From NCBI GenBank assembly GCA_049472315.1, contig JBLIRN010000021.1, positions 1 through 49,595 on the forward strand: DNA of 49,595 nucleotides, given 5' to 3'. The notes beneath the pieces were generated by a model. The model saw nothing but the letters and a program-made list of their open reading frames with translations, was not told the origin of the DNA and did no database searches. A program made the position numbers and the translations under genes. The DNA is from a bacterium (lineage in GTDB: Bacteria > SZUA-182 > DTGQ01 > JAFGSM01). Positions 48,283 to 49,595 of this stretch are shown here, piece by piece. Each line of letters begins with the position of its first letter. Positions within the stretch are counted from its first letter, which is position 1.

Positions 48283-49595
48283 ATGAACAGGAAGGATCGT
48301 GGTAATCAGCACATAATAAAGGCATTCTTGATTGTCGCATTGGGCGTGGCCGTGTTTGTATGCACGGCGACCGATTTTGTTTCAGGACAATATTACGGCG
48401 GGTGGCCGGGAACATTTTCCGGCCTTTATATGGGGGGGCCTTTTTTTGGTTCCTATGGGTCAAGCGCCCCCCCATTTTCAACGCTGTCCTCCTATGCCTC
48501 ATCGGGTGCATCGATAGGATTCACCCCGCTATGGGGGGGGAACAGCGCCGGTCTTTTCGGGATCCAGGCAGGCAGCGGGTATAGCCAGGGGCTATTCGGC
48601 GGCTTTACTCAACCGAGTGTTGCATCCGGTGCCCCCGCGTGGGGAGGCTCCCTGTTCGGAGGGCCCTGGCAGCCGGTTTCATCCTTTGGTTTTTCCGGCG
48701 GGTATACCGGCGGCCTGCAATCAGGGAGCACCTGGAGAACCTCCCTGGGGGGCCAGAATTCCGTAATGTCGTTTTCTCCTTCCTGGCCGGGGTCGAGTTA
48801 CAACACCACGGGCATCTATCAAAACCCGCTTTCATGGACACAACCTGTTTCCGGATACACCACGCCGGTGTCATCGGGAAGCACGAGTTCATCGGAGATT
48901 GCCGAGATGCCTCCGGTATCCGAATTTCAGTCGGATGCCGAATATGTTCCCGACCAGATTCTGGTCAAGTTCAAGGATGGCACCACCAGCGACAAGAAGA
49001 AGGACATACACGACCGGCATGGATGCAAGGAGATTTCCACCAGTGAATACTCGGGGTGCACCGTGGTCGAGATACCGGCGGATGCAACGGTTGAAGAAAT
49101 GGTGAATCAATATCTCCAAGAGGAGGAGGTGGAGTTTGCCGAGCCCAATTACATTCGGCATCGTCACCTGACTCCCAATGATCCCTATTTTTCCTATCAG
49201 TGGCACCACTCGATGATGAACAGCACCTCTGCCTGGAACCTGGGCAGAGGTGCCGGGGTGATAGTGGCGGTGCTGGACTCAGGGGTGGCATACAGGACCG
49301 GCGGCGGATACGTTCAGGCCTCTGATCTTGCCGGCACCACCTTCAAGGCGGGCTGGGATTTCGTGAACAGCGATCCCTATCCCGACGATGACAACGGGCA
49401 CGGAACCCATATGGCAGGCTGTATTGCGCAAACCACCAATAACTACAGGGGGGTGGCAGGGGTGGCATACGGGGCAACCATCTTCCCCGTGAAGATCATG
49501 GATGAGTCGGGGGATGTCACCATTACCAATGAGGTGGACGGGATATACTATGCGGTCAATAATGGGGCGCACATCATCAATCTGAGCCTGGGGGG
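48283..49595 (+). CDS. Secreted S8 subtilase with a long Gly/Ser/aromatic low-complexity N-terminal region; 3' end beyond the window
   Basis: Absent from the ORF track. Hand translation from ATG 48283 (SD AAGGGAGG) is open to the edge: signal peptide, QYYGGWPG... low-complexity region, prodomain (YVPDQILVKFK...AEPNY), TPNDPYF.YQW, VAVLDSG (catalytic Asp), NGHGTHMAG (catalytic His), IINLSLG. Confidence 0.92.
   Translation, partial: MNRKDRGNQHIIKAFLIVALGVAVFVCTATDFVSGQYYGGWPGTFSGLYMGGPFFGSYGSSAPPFSTLSSYASSGASIGFTPLWGGNSAGLFGIQAGSGYSQGLFGGFTQPSVASGAPAWGGSLFGGPWQPVSSFGFSGGYTGGLQSGSTWRTSLGGQNSVMSFSPSWPGSSYNTTGIYQNPLSWTQPVSGYTTPVSSGSTSSSEIAEMPPVSEFQSDAEYVPDQILVKFKDGTTSDKKKDIHDRHGCKEISTSEYSGCTVVEIPADATVEEMVNQYLQEEEVEFAEPNYIRHRHLTPNDPYFSYQWHHSMMNSTSAWNLGRGAGVIVAVLDSGVAYRTGGGYVQASDLAGTTFKAGWDFVNSDPYPDDDNGHGTHMAGCIAQTTNNYRGVAGVAYGATIFPVKIMDESGDVTITNEVDGIYYAVNNGAHIINLSLG

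Noticed and set aside
48533..48540. Frameshift or phase-variable G8 tract in the subtilase
   Set aside because: The frame is intact through the run (TGG GGG GGG); no evidence of variation from a single sequence.

Overview
Chromosomal window from a diderm (LptCAB-encoding) bacterium; no mobile element, CRISPR array, tRNA or rRNA gene was seen. The left 12 kb (minus strand) is the standout: two giant secreted multiheme c-type cytochromes (28 and 24 CxxCH motifs by hand count) built from shuffled 4-heme and 10-heme modules. They alternate with three secreted NHL beta-propeller genes, sit behind a consensus sigma54 promoter, and are followed by a secreted PPC/NIDO-like protein cut by the window edge. 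The centre is mostly housekeeping: macrodomain-rnhC, pabB-pabC, metK-ahcY-lptCAB, HU/IHF, rpoN-hpf-ptsN-hprK-EIIA(Man)-GH57-ptsH-ptsI, a GlcF-like Fe-S protein, leuCD, pgpA, pilD, asnA, queH-spoIID-queA, an LpoA-like lipoprotein convergent with PBP1A, a receiver domain and an orphan HEPN. A second candidate system is two unlinked secreted proteins (a Gly/Tyr-repeat protein and a subtilase at the right edge) whose predicted mature chains begin Q(S)YYGG plus a Gly/aromatic low-complexity tract, and which share an upstream GGTATAT-N4-TGCAT sigma54-like box. Smaller signals include DPN tripeptides seen only in exported proteins, a terminator-containing metK leader and a probable ATA start for pgpA. 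All calls are by-eye motif recognition; no searches were run.
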